The notes: generated by a model not told the origin, from the sequence alone. Shown: positions 7,850 through 14,537, numbered from the stretch's first letter. The stretch: 32,000 nt of DNA from Erysipelotrichaceae bacterium (GCA_030604855.1 JAUVVC010000005.1:1-32000), one strand, 5' to 3'. Translations and numbers: made by a program.

Positions 7850-9967
7850 ATGTCGAATTCTGATAAATCTTCTAAACATGTCCATTCGGAACACGAAACA
7901 ATGCATGATCATAAGCATTCATCAAAAACAATGGATAAAGAATCTTCAAGCAAGCAAAACGAAGAGAATACTGTAAGTCACTTGCACATGGACCATGAGG
8001 CTAAACCACACAGTGAAGGGCATCACGATCATCATGCGATGATGGTTGAGGATTTCAAGAAGCGTTTTTTCATTTCATTGGTGTTAACACTACCAATATT
8101 GTTGCTATCACCCATGATACAAATGTTCATGGGGGTAGATTGGCGCTTTCCAGGGGATACATATATTTTGTTTGGGTTGTCGACCCTGCTCTTTATCTAT
8201 GGAGGAAAACCTTTCTTAAAAGGAGCGGTGGATGAATTTAATCAAAAATCACCTGCCATGATGATGTTGATCGCATTGGCGATCAGTGTTTCTTATCTCT
8301 ATAGTGTGTTGACGGTCTTTGTTTTGCAGGGAAATGATTTCTTCTGGGAACTTGCAACCTTGATATCCATCATGTTGTTGGGGCATTGGATCGAGATGCG
8401 ATCTGTCTTAGGTGCATCTAAAGCGCTTGAAGAACTCGTTAAACTTATGCCAGATACCGCGCATATGATTCACGATGATGGTGAAATCATGGAACATGCA
8501 CTTGACCACTTCAAAGTAGGATTCAATGTAATGGTAAAACCGGGTGAGAAAATACCTCTGGATGGTGTGATCTATGAAGGTGTCTCTTCCGTCAATGAAT
8601 CCATGATCACAGGTGAATCCGTTCCTGTTGAAAAAGGGATCGGTGATGATATCATCGGAGGATCGATTAATGGTGATGGTGTATTAAAGTTTACGATCAC
8701 AAAAGTTGGAGAAGATACTTTCTTATCTCAAGTCATCAAACTTGTTCGTGAAGCGCAAGCATCGAAATCAAAAACACAAAGATTGGCAGATGTAGCGGCT
8801 AAATGGTTGTTCTACATCGCAGTGGTTTCAGGTTTGTTGACGTTTGTTATCTGGTTGATGTTTGGAGCGGAAATCGGATTTGCGATAGAAAGAACCGTCA
8901 CTGTCATCGTCATTTCATGTCCGCATGCTTTAGGTTTGGCGACACCGTTGGTCACAGCTGTCTCCACAAGTATCGGTGCAAAGAAGGGACTACTTGTCCG
9001 CAATCGTGCTGCTTTCGAAGAAGCTCGTAAGCTTACAACCGTTGTTTTCGATAAGACGGGAACACTAACTGAAGGTGCCTTTGGTGTCACAGACATAATT
9101 GCATATAATATTGATAAACAAGAACTTCTAAAATTGGCGTATGCTGTTGAAATGAATTCTGAACACCCAATTGCGAAGGGAATTGTTGATGAAGGCAAAC
9201 GAATCGGTCTTAATATGTTGGATGTCAAAGACTTCCAAGCGCTCCCAGGCAAGGGTTTGCGTGCAAGTGTTGAAGGTCGAGAAATCATGATCGTCAGCCC
9301 AGGATATCTTAGAACTGCAGACATCCAATATGATCACAAACAGTATGAAGCATTGGCAATCGTAGGAAAGACAGTTGTCTTTGTACTAGAAGATGATAAG
9401 TTGATTGGCATGATCGCATTGTCCGATAAAGTTCGCACAACCGCGATTGAAGCAATCAAAGTGTTGAAGCAAATGAATATTGAAACAGTTATGCTGACAG
9501 GTGACAATCAACGCGTTGCTGAATATGTAGGGAAGCAACTTGAAATCAATACCGTAATCGCTGAAGTTCTACCGCACCAAAAAGCTCAGAAAATCGAAGA
9601 ACTTAGAGGTCCAGGTAAATTTATTGCTATGACGGGAGATGGGATCAATGATGCGCCTTCATTGGCAAAAGCGGATCTTGGCATTGCTATTGGTGCAGGG
9701 ACGGATGTGGCGATAGAAACAGCAGATATCATCCTTGTTAAGAGCAATCCATTGGATGTTGTTAATATCATAAAGCTCTCTAAGGCGACCTATCGTAAAA
9801 TGGTAGAGAACTTGTTCTGGGCTACAGCTTATAACATCATTGCATTACCACTAGCAGCGGGTGTTTTGATGAATCAAGGTATCATGATTTCACCAGCGAT
9901 TGGTGCTGTCTTGATGTCGATGAGTACGATCATCGTTGCAATCAACGCGAGAAGATTGAAAATATAG
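7850..9967 (+). CDS. copB: Copper-translocating P1B-type ATPase, CopB-like (P1B-3: His-rich N-terminus, CPH motif)
   Basis: The N-terminus is His-rich (HVHSEHETMHDHKH..HLHMDHEAKPHSEGHHDHHAMM). The TM6 motif is SCPHALGLATP. Also present: the phosphorylation site DKTGTLT, the hinge GDGINDAP and the HP motif SEHPIA. AGAGGAG ribosome-binding site. Confidence 0.92.
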   Translation: MSNSDKSSKHVHSEHETMHDHKHSSKTMDKESSSKQNEENTVSHLHMDHEAKPHSEGHHDHHAMMVEDFKKRFFISLVLTLPILLLSPMIQMFMGVDWRFPGDTYILFGLSTLLFIYGGKPFLKGAVDEFNQKSPAMMMLIALAISVSYLYSVLTVFVLQGNDFFWELATLISIMLLGHWIEMRSVLGASKALEELVKLMPDTAHMIHDDGEIMEHALDHFKVGFNVMVKPGEKIPLDGVIYEGVSSVNESMITGESVPVEKGIGDDIIGGSINGDGVLKFTITKVGEDTFLSQVIKLVREAQASKSKTQRLADVAAKWLFYIAVVSGLLTFVIWLMFGAEIGFAIERTVTVIVISCPHALGLATPLVTAVSTSIGAKKGLLVRNRAAFEEARKLTTVVFDKTGTLTEGAFGVTDIIAYNIDKQELLKLAYAVEMNSEHPIAKGIVDEGKRIGLNMLDVKDFQALPGKGLRASVEGREIMIVSPGYLRTADIQYDHKQYEALAIVGKTVVFVLEDDKLIGMIALSDKVRTTAIEAIKVLKQMNIETVMLTGDNQRVAEYVGKQLEINTVIAEVLPHQKAQKIEELRGPGKFIAMTGDGINDAPSLAKADLGIAIGAGTDVAIETADIILVKSNPLDVVNIIKLSKATYRKMVENLFWATAYNIIALPLAAGVLMNQGIMISPAIGAVLMSMSTIIVAINARRLKI

Positions 9968-10043
9968 AAGGTATATACTCTGATAAAGCTCTCAGGATTT
10001 TGTGTATATTGACTTGGTAGTACAAAGATTTGATCTAACGATT

Positions 10044-10077
10044 TCTTCATCACTTTGTCACATCTTAATCGTAAACT
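10044..10077 (+). promoter_or_regulatory. Response-regulator-box promoter upstream of the SHOCT gene
   Basis: TCTTCAT-CACT-TTGTCAC-ATCTTAATCG-TAAACT. The AGGAGG ribosome-binding site and the ATG at 10099 follow directly. Confidence 0.55.
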
Positions 10078-10098
10078 CAAAGCATAGGAGGTGATTGT

Positions 10099-10275
10099 AT
10101 GGGAATCATCGGTTTGTTATTAATCATCTGGTTGGTTATGGAATTCACAGGACATCGTCCGTGGGAAAGTAGATATCCATCGCAGACATCCTCTGTTGAA
10201 ATCCTTAAGGAACGTTATGCGAGAGGTGAGATTTCACGCGATGCTTATCTAGAAGCACTGAAGTTGATCCGCTAA
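10099..10275 (+). CDS. SHOCT-domain small membrane protein (58 aa; absent from the ORF track)
   Basis: MGIIGLLLIIWLVMEFTGHRPWESRYPSQTSSVEILKERYARGEISRDAYLEALKLIR. It has one N-terminal TM helix and the SHOCT signature ILKERYARGEIS..Y. AGGAGG ribosome-binding site 7 nt upstream. Confidence 0.8.
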   Translation: MGIIGLLLIIWLVMEFTGHRPWESRYPSQTSSVEILKERYARGEISRDAYLEALKLIR

Positions 10276-10286
10276 AAAGTGGATCT

Positions 10287-10320
10287 TCTTCATTAAATCT
10301 TCATATCAATCAAATACGAT
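10287..10320 (+). promoter_or_regulatory. Response-regulator-box promoter upstream of copZ
   Basis: TCTTCAT-TAAA-TCTTCAT-ATCAATCAAA-TACGAT. This is a perfect 11-bp-phased direct repeat. The reverse complement reads TGAAGATTTAATGAAGA. Confidence 0.65.
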
Positions 10321-10383
10321 AAACATGGAATATTTCTATTTTTTTCGTGTTTGTTGAGTATCAATTTGAAAGGAAGTGAATAA

Positions 10384-10593
10384 ATGTATAAAACATTAAT
10401 CATCGATGGGATGCACTGTGGACATTGTGCGGGACTGGTTCAAGTTGAACTGTTTCGTATTCCTCAAGTCAGGGATGTGTCCGTCAATGTCACAAAACGC
10501 AATGCAATCGTTCGCATCGATTCTTCTGTGTCGTTTGAGCAGTTTGCCAAACATGTGGCTGAAGCAGGCTATACCTTGGAACGCTTGATATAA
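10384..10593 (+). CDS. copZ: Copper chaperone, HMA domain
   Basis: 69 aa with the GMHCGHC (MxCxxC) metal-binding loop and a beta-alpha-beta-beta-alpha-beta length and pattern. GAAAGGAAG ribosome-binding site. Confidence 0.9.
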   Translation: MYKTLIIDGMHCGHCAGLVQVELFRIPQVRDVSVNVTKRNAIVRIDSSVSFEQFAKHVAEAGYTLERLI

Positions 10594-10595
10594 AA

Positions 10596-10613
10596 AAGAC
10601 ATTTGCATGTCTT
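10596..10613 (-). terminator. Rho-independent terminator, oriented for the minus-strand peptide gene
   Basis: AAGACAT-gcaa-ATGTCTT hairpin. On the minus strand TTTTTTA follows it. On the plus strand (after copZ) no T-tract follows it. Confidence 0.7.
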
Positions 10614-10707
10614 ACATTCCAAATAACATCATCTGAATCATATCTGCCAATTCTTGTCCACGCATTCCACACATGCGGATGCAGTTGGCCAATGCCAATC
10701 CGTTCAT
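10612..10707 (-). CDS. Unannotated 31-aa Met/Cys-rich peptide (MNGLALANCIRMCGMRGQELADMIQMMLFGM)
   Basis: AAGGAGG ribosome-binding site 7 nt upstream of the ATG (10707). TAA stop at 10614-10612. It has its own terminator and its own response-regulator-box promoter. 7 Met and 2 Cys in 31 residues. Too short for the ORF track. Confidence 0.6.
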   Translation of the reverse strand: MNGLALANCIRMCGMRGQELADMIQMMLFGM

Positions 10708-10730
10708 TTCTATACCTCCTTGATGAAGAA

Positions 10731-10764
10731 AGTCTAACAAGAAGCTGTGAAGATTTGATGGTGA
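10731..10764 (-). promoter_or_regulatory. Response-regulator-box promoter of the 31-aa peptide gene
   Basis: The minus strand reads TCACCAT-CAAA-TCTTCAC-AGCTTCTTGT-TAGACT. The spacing matches the five plus-strand sites. Confidence 0.55.
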
Positions 10765-10772
10765 AAAAAGTG

Positions 10773-10801
10773 TTGAATTGAAAAATCAAATTCGATAAAC
10801 T
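10773..10801 (+). promoter_or_regulatory. Sigma-A-type promoter for the HMA-like gene
   Basis: TTGAAT (10773-10778), a 17-nt spacer, then TAAACT (10796-10801). Confidence 0.5.
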
Positions 10802-10822
10802 GTTGTGGGGAGAAAAGAGGTT

Positions 10823-11038
10823 ATGATGCGGATTTTGCGTCTGAAAGTGGATCAGCTCCACGATTATCACAGTGTTCGAAACATTCGAACGAATTTATTG
10901 AACATGCGAGGCATTCAATATGTTCGGGTCACGCGTGATCTAGGGCATATCTTGGTTGAATATATGGATGCGGCGTTATCACCCGCAATGATCATGATGC
11001 AAATTGAACGAATGGGACATCAGGTCAAGATCTACTAA
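10823..11038 (+). CDS. HMA-like (ferredoxin-fold) small protein lacking the CxxC motif
   Basis: MMRILRLKVDQLHDYHSVRNIRTNLLNMRGIQYVRVTRDLGHILVEYMD..MIMMQIERMGHQVKIY. Length and hydrophobic pattern match an HMA domain, but the metal loop reads QLHDYHS and the protein has no Cys. The start is ATG 10823 or 10826, after AAGAGG. The track's 10805 GTG start is less likely. Confidence 0.6.
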   Translation: MMRILRLKVDQLHDYHSVRNIRTNLLNMRGIQYVRVTRDLGHILVEYMDAALSPAMIMMQIERMGHQVKIY

Positions 11039-11040
11039 GT

Positions 11041-11074
11041 TCTTCATCAATTCTACATATGCTTACGCTATACT
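11041..11074 (+). promoter_or_regulatory. Response-regulator-box promoter upstream of the lipoprotein gene
   Basis: TCTTCAT-CAAT-TCTACAT-ATGCTTACGC-TATACT. Confidence 0.65.
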
Positions 11075-11104
11075 CCACATGCAAATTATTTGCAGGAGTA
11101 AACG

Positions 11105-11767
11105 ATGAAAAAATATCTGATTGTACTTGGCTTATTGAGTATCGTATTAGTGGGTTGTACTGCACAAACCAAACCTGAACCGGTAGTTGAAATTCCGGTT
11201 GAAGTGGAACCCTCTGTGGCGTCGTTTGATGCTTTGGGGACGTCCATCGCATGGACACAAGAAGCGAATGGCTTTGGTTTGATTGCGCCAGATGGAAGTG
11301 CGAGTGTATTCATCGCACAAAACTTTAGTGGAGCTCAAGATATTGTCTTGCGTGTGGATGCGACACCGTTTATCGCAGCAGGTTTGGATGTGACGAAGTT
11401 GTCAGAAACATCATTTGTCGATGGCCTTCTAACCTACAGTGTTGATCTGGATGGATCAAAGACCTACGCGAATGTTGTGGAAGCCTTTACGGATATCGTA
11501 TCCATACAAGCAGACTTGGTTGGGTATCATGCGGCCTTGGATCATTATGGTTTAAGTTTGAATGATGGAAATGTCTTTGAATGGGCAGCGGATGTGAAGA
11601 CCAACGATAAAGACATCGTCTTTGTATTGAACCCACAAAGTTTGATGGATGCCGGTGTGGATGTGGAAAATATTGAAGGTTGGATTTTTGCGGAAGTTGA
11701 AATCATGTTGGCAGATGGTACGATGAAAATGGTTCCGAAGTTGTTGAAACCGTTTGATTTGAACTAA
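11105..11767 (+). CDS. Lipoprotein of unknown function (acidic, 220 aa)
   Basis: Signal peptide plus lipobox MKKYLIVLGLLSIVLVGC. CAGGAG ribosome-binding site. I recognise no family. Two loosely similar internal segments end ..DIVLRVDATPFIAAGLDV and ..DIVFVLNPQSLMDAGVDV. Confidence 0.75.
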   Translation: MKKYLIVLGLLSIVLVGCTAQTKPEPVVEIPVEVEPSVASFDALGTSIAWTQEANGFGLIAPDGSASVFIAQNFSGAQDIVLRVDATPFIAAGLDVTKLSETSFVDGLLTYSVDLDGSKTYANVVEAFTDIVSIQADLVGYHAALDHYGLSLNDGNVFEWAADVKTNDKDIVFVLNPQSLMDAGVDVENIEGWIFAEVEIMLADGTMKMVPKLLKPFDLN

Positions 11768-11800
11768 GCATTCCTTTGCGTCATACTTAATAATATAAAC

Positions 11801-11821
11801 AAGCTCAAAATCTTTGAGCTT
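11801..11821 (+). terminator. Hairpin (weak terminator or attenuator) between the lipoprotein gene and the response-regulator gene
   Basis: AAGCTCAAA-atc-TTTGAGCTT, a 9-bp stem. Only a short interrupted T run (TCGTTG) follows, so read-through into the two-component genes is plausible. Confidence 0.45.
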
Positions 11822-11840
11822 TCGTTGTAGGAGCGGATCC

Positions 11841-12536
11841 ATGTCCTCAAGAAACATACTCATCGTTGAAGATGAACTCAAGTTAGTGGAAGTCTTAAAA
11901 GCCAACTTCGAACATAAGGGTGATCGCGTTTTTGTTGCGCACGATGGCTTGAGTGCGCTTGATATCGCACGAAGCGAAGACATCGATCTTGTGCTCTTGG
12001 ATTGGATGTTGCCACTGATGAGTGGGGATGTCGTTCTTCAGAATCTTCGGAACTTTTCACGGGTACCTGTGATCATGCTTACAGCGCGCTCAGGTGAAAG
12101 TGATATCGTGGATGGGTTGAAACTGGGATCGGATGATTATCTCACCAAGCCTTTCAGTCTTAAAGAATTGAACGCAAGGATTGAAGCCGTCTTGAGACGC
12201 TCACCCGAGTCGAATCAACCCATCTATCAAAAGTTGAAGTTGGATGATCGTTTGACCATTGATTTCGATTCACATCGGATCACCTGCAATCAAGAAATTG
12301 TTCATCTCACACCCAATGAGTTCAAACTGCTGACCATTTTAATCAAACACCCACAGCGTGTTTTCACCCGTGAAGAATTGGTGACCTCTGCTTTTGGGGA
12401 TGATTTCGATGGTTTTGATCGGACGGTGGATACACACATCAAGAACCTTCGGATGAAGTTGGAGGTGGACCCTAAACAGCCTAAAATCATCATTACGGTT
12501 TTTGGCGTTGGCTATCGTTACGGTGGAAATGTATGA
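11841..12536 (+). CDS. OmpR/PhoB-family response regulator (CopR-like by context)
   Basis: Receiver domain (ILIVEDE.., DLVLLDWMLP, LTKPF) plus a winged-helix output domain (..LTPNEFKLL..VDTHIKNLRMKL..VFGVGYRY). I place the start at ATG 11841, after AGGAG. The track's 11814 TTG start is an extension. Confidence 0.9.
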   Translation: MSSRNILIVEDELKLVEVLKANFEHKGDRVFVAHDGLSALDIARSEDIDLVLLDWMLPLMSGDVVLQNLRNFSRVPVIMLTARSGESDIVDGLKLGSDDYLTKPFSLKELNARIEAVLRRSPESNQPIYQKLKLDDRLTIDFDSHRITCNQEIVHLTPNEFKLLTILIKHPQRVFTREELVTSAFGDDFDGFDRTVDTHIKNLRMKLEVDPKQPKIIITVFGVGYRYGGNV

Positions 12537-13927
12537 AGCGTACCTTGCGTCGTCAACTCACCTCAACGATTGTTTTAACCGTTTTAATTGCGGTTTCTTT
12601 TGTCAGCTTATTTTCAAGTTTCATCATTCATGATCATTTCAAAGGATACATCGAAGCTAAACAGACGCAAACCATCCAACAGTTGGTTGCACAAGTGGCC
12701 CAACAATACGAACTTGAAGAGGATCGTTGGGATGTGGAAAACATTCATGAGATTGGGATGGTGGCCTTATACAGTGGTTATATCATCAAAGTCAACGATG
12801 GAAATGGCCAGCTCATCTGGGATGCGGAGCTCGAAGACATGAGTGCTTGTGTTACGATTGCGGATGAAGTGACAGAACGCATGTTGAAGCAATTTCCAAA
12901 CCAAAAGGGTTCATTCAATGATAATCCGTATCCCTTGAGGGTTCAGGATGAAAGCATTGGGGTGGTGAACATCCGTCATTATGGACCGATTTTCTATTCC
13001 ATTGAAGATGAACGTTTCATCAATCAAGTTCAACAAATGTTGTGGCTCATTGCATTATTCAGCATTTTGCTAAGTAGCTTTGTAGGGCTCCATTTGGCTA
13101 AATCACTCAGTCGTCCCTTGACAAAATCCATCAATCAGACATCACTCATTGCTCAAGGCAACTATGGTGGTTTGATTGAAGATGACTCGAACATCGATGA
13201 AGTCCGCTCCCTCATCAAAGCCGTCAATCATTTGTCGACGACAATGGCAGAGCAGGATCGCTTGAAGAAACAACTCACATCCGATGTCGCACATGAACTA
13301 AGAACACCTTTATCAACGCTTGAAATCAGTATGGAAGCGGCGTTGGATGGCATTCTACCCATGGATCAAAAGCGCATGCAAGGCTTGTTGGATGAGATAC
13401 AGCGATTGAGTAAAATTGTGAAGGATCTGGACCAATTGAATCGAATTGAGGAAACGCAACGCTTAAATACTGTTCCATTTGAATTAAGTAGCTTGATTGA
13501 TGAGGTCATCCGTGCCCTTGAGATTCAAAGTCAAACAAAATCCATTCGAATCAAAACGAATGGGGACTCACTTTCTATTACAGGAGATCGTGATCGTTTG
13601 AACCAAGTCTTTTATAACCTAATCCTAAATGCTTTGAATTACTCAAATCCAAATTCAAACATCGAAGTCCAGTGGATGAGAATCCATGAAAACGTTCAAA
13701 TCACCATAAAAGACGAAGGCATCGGGATCCCTGAAAAAGAACTTCCGCATATCTTTGATCGCTTCTATCGTGTTGAGAGTGCCCGTGATCGCATCCGGGG
13801 TGGAAGTGGGATTGGTCTTGCCATCGTCAAACGTTTCATTGAAGCCCATAAGGGGTCGATCACAGTCACAAGTTCTGAAAATATCGGTACCACCTTCACG
13901 ATCACATTACCTTTAAAATCTTCATAA
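12533..13927 (+). CDS. Sensor histidine kinase (two TM helices, extracytoplasmic domain, HAMP, HisKA, HATPase_c)
   Basis: ATGA overlap with the response-regulator gene. H-box SDVAHELRTPLS, N-box NLILNALNYS, G-boxes DEGIGI and GGSGIGLAIV. A ~135-aa loop lies between TM1 (~res 12-32) and TM2 (~res 170-190). Confidence 0.9.
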   Translation: MKRTLRRQLTSTIVLTVLIAVSFVSLFSSFIIHDHFKGYIEAKQTQTIQQLVAQVAQQYELEEDRWDVENIHEIGMVALYSGYIIKVNDGNGQLIWDAELEDMSACVTIADEVTERMLKQFPNQKGSFNDNPYPLRVQDESIGVVNIRHYGPIFYSIEDERFINQVQQMLWLIALFSILLSSFVGLHLAKSLSRPLTKSINQTSLIAQGNYGGLIEDDSNIDEVRSLIKAVNHLSTTMAEQDRLKKQLTSDVAHELRTPLSTLEISMEAALDGILPMDQKRMQGLLDEIQRLSKIVKDLDQLNRIEETQRLNTVPFELSSLIDEVIRALEIQSQTKSIRIKTNGDSLSITGDRDRLNQVFYNLILNALNYSNPNSNIEVQWMRIHENVQITIKDEGIGIPEKELPHIFDRFYRVESARDRIRGGSGIGLAIVKRFIEAHKGSITVTSSENIGTTFTITLPLKSS

Positions 13928-13952
13928 GTTCTCCATAAGCATGGATTAGACT
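13919..13952 (+). promoter_or_regulatory. Response-regulator-box promoter upstream of the cueP-like gene
   Basis: TCTTCAT-AAGT-TCTCCAT-AAGCATGGAT-TAGACT. The first half-site is built from the last two codons and the stop of the kinase gene. The -10 ends 6 nt before the ATG at 13959. Confidence 0.6.
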
Positions 13953-13958
13953 GGTTAT

Positions 13959-14537
13959 ATGAAAATAAATAGAATGTTGAAAATAGGAGGCGCTTTGTTG
14001 ATCGCAATCACAATTGGCGTCAGTGCATTGTTGTTAAATACAAAACGAGTGAATGCAGAAAGTATTTTAGAACGTTTGGGCTTACAGAATCAAGACCTGA
14101 GCAGTGTCGTCTTAGCCTTGGATGAACGTCTGGATGAACCTCAAGATATCGGGGCACGCATCACGGGTGAAGACTTGCTTCTCTATCAAGGAGAAGAGGA
14201 GTTCAAAGTCGCAATACCCGATGGACTGTTCTTCGTATCAATTGCGCCATACATCAATGACGTCCATCCGTGTCAAATCCACAATCTGATCAGCTGTCGT
14301 GGTGAATTGTATGGTGAAACCATGCTCATCACCATCACATTAAATGATGGGACCGTGCTCTTCAGTGAAGAACGCACAACACAAGCCAATGGCTTCATCG
14401 GTCTCTGGTTACCAAGTGGGATCGAAGGAACCTTAAGTGTCGAGATGTCCAATCGTATCGTGACACATCCGATCTCAACCTATGCCAACAGTGATACCTG
14501 TATCACGACGCCTTTGAAGTTATTGCCTAAAGCTTAA
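13959..14537 (+). CDS. CueP-family extracytoplasmic copper-binding protein (signal or anchor sequence)
   Basis: N-terminal signal or anchor MKINRMLKIGGALLIAITIGVSALLL. It carries H103-x-C105-x7-C113 (HPCQIHNLISC) and C181. The Cys spacings (8 and 68) and the His at -2 match Salmonella CueP His94/Cys96/Cys104/Cys172 as I recall them. The start is uncertain. ATG 13959 has no ribosome-binding site, so the transcript may be leaderless. Alternatively an in-frame TTG at 13995 or 13998 follows AGGAGG. Confidence 0.7.
   Translation: MKINRMLKIGGALLIAITIGVSALLLNTKRVNAESILERLGLQNQDLSSVVLALDERLDEPQDIGARITGEDLLLYQGEEEFKVAIPDGLFFVSIAPYINDVHPCQIHNLISCRGELYGETMLITITLNDGTVLFSEERTTQANGFIGLWLPSGIEGTLSVEMSNRIVTHPISTYANSDTCITTPLKLLPKA

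Noticed and set aside
10009-10040. TTGACTTGG upstream of the SHOCT gene, resembling the start of the MerR-type box.
   Set aside because: No -10-like hexamer lies 19 nt (or 17 nt) downstream, and the rest of the box is not conserved.
10490-10870. 126-aa minus-strand ORF spanning the copZ 3' end and the intergenic region.
   Set aside because: It runs antisense through copZ and across a terminator hairpin, has no ribosome-binding site, and is in a different frame from the well-signalled 31-aa peptide ORF.
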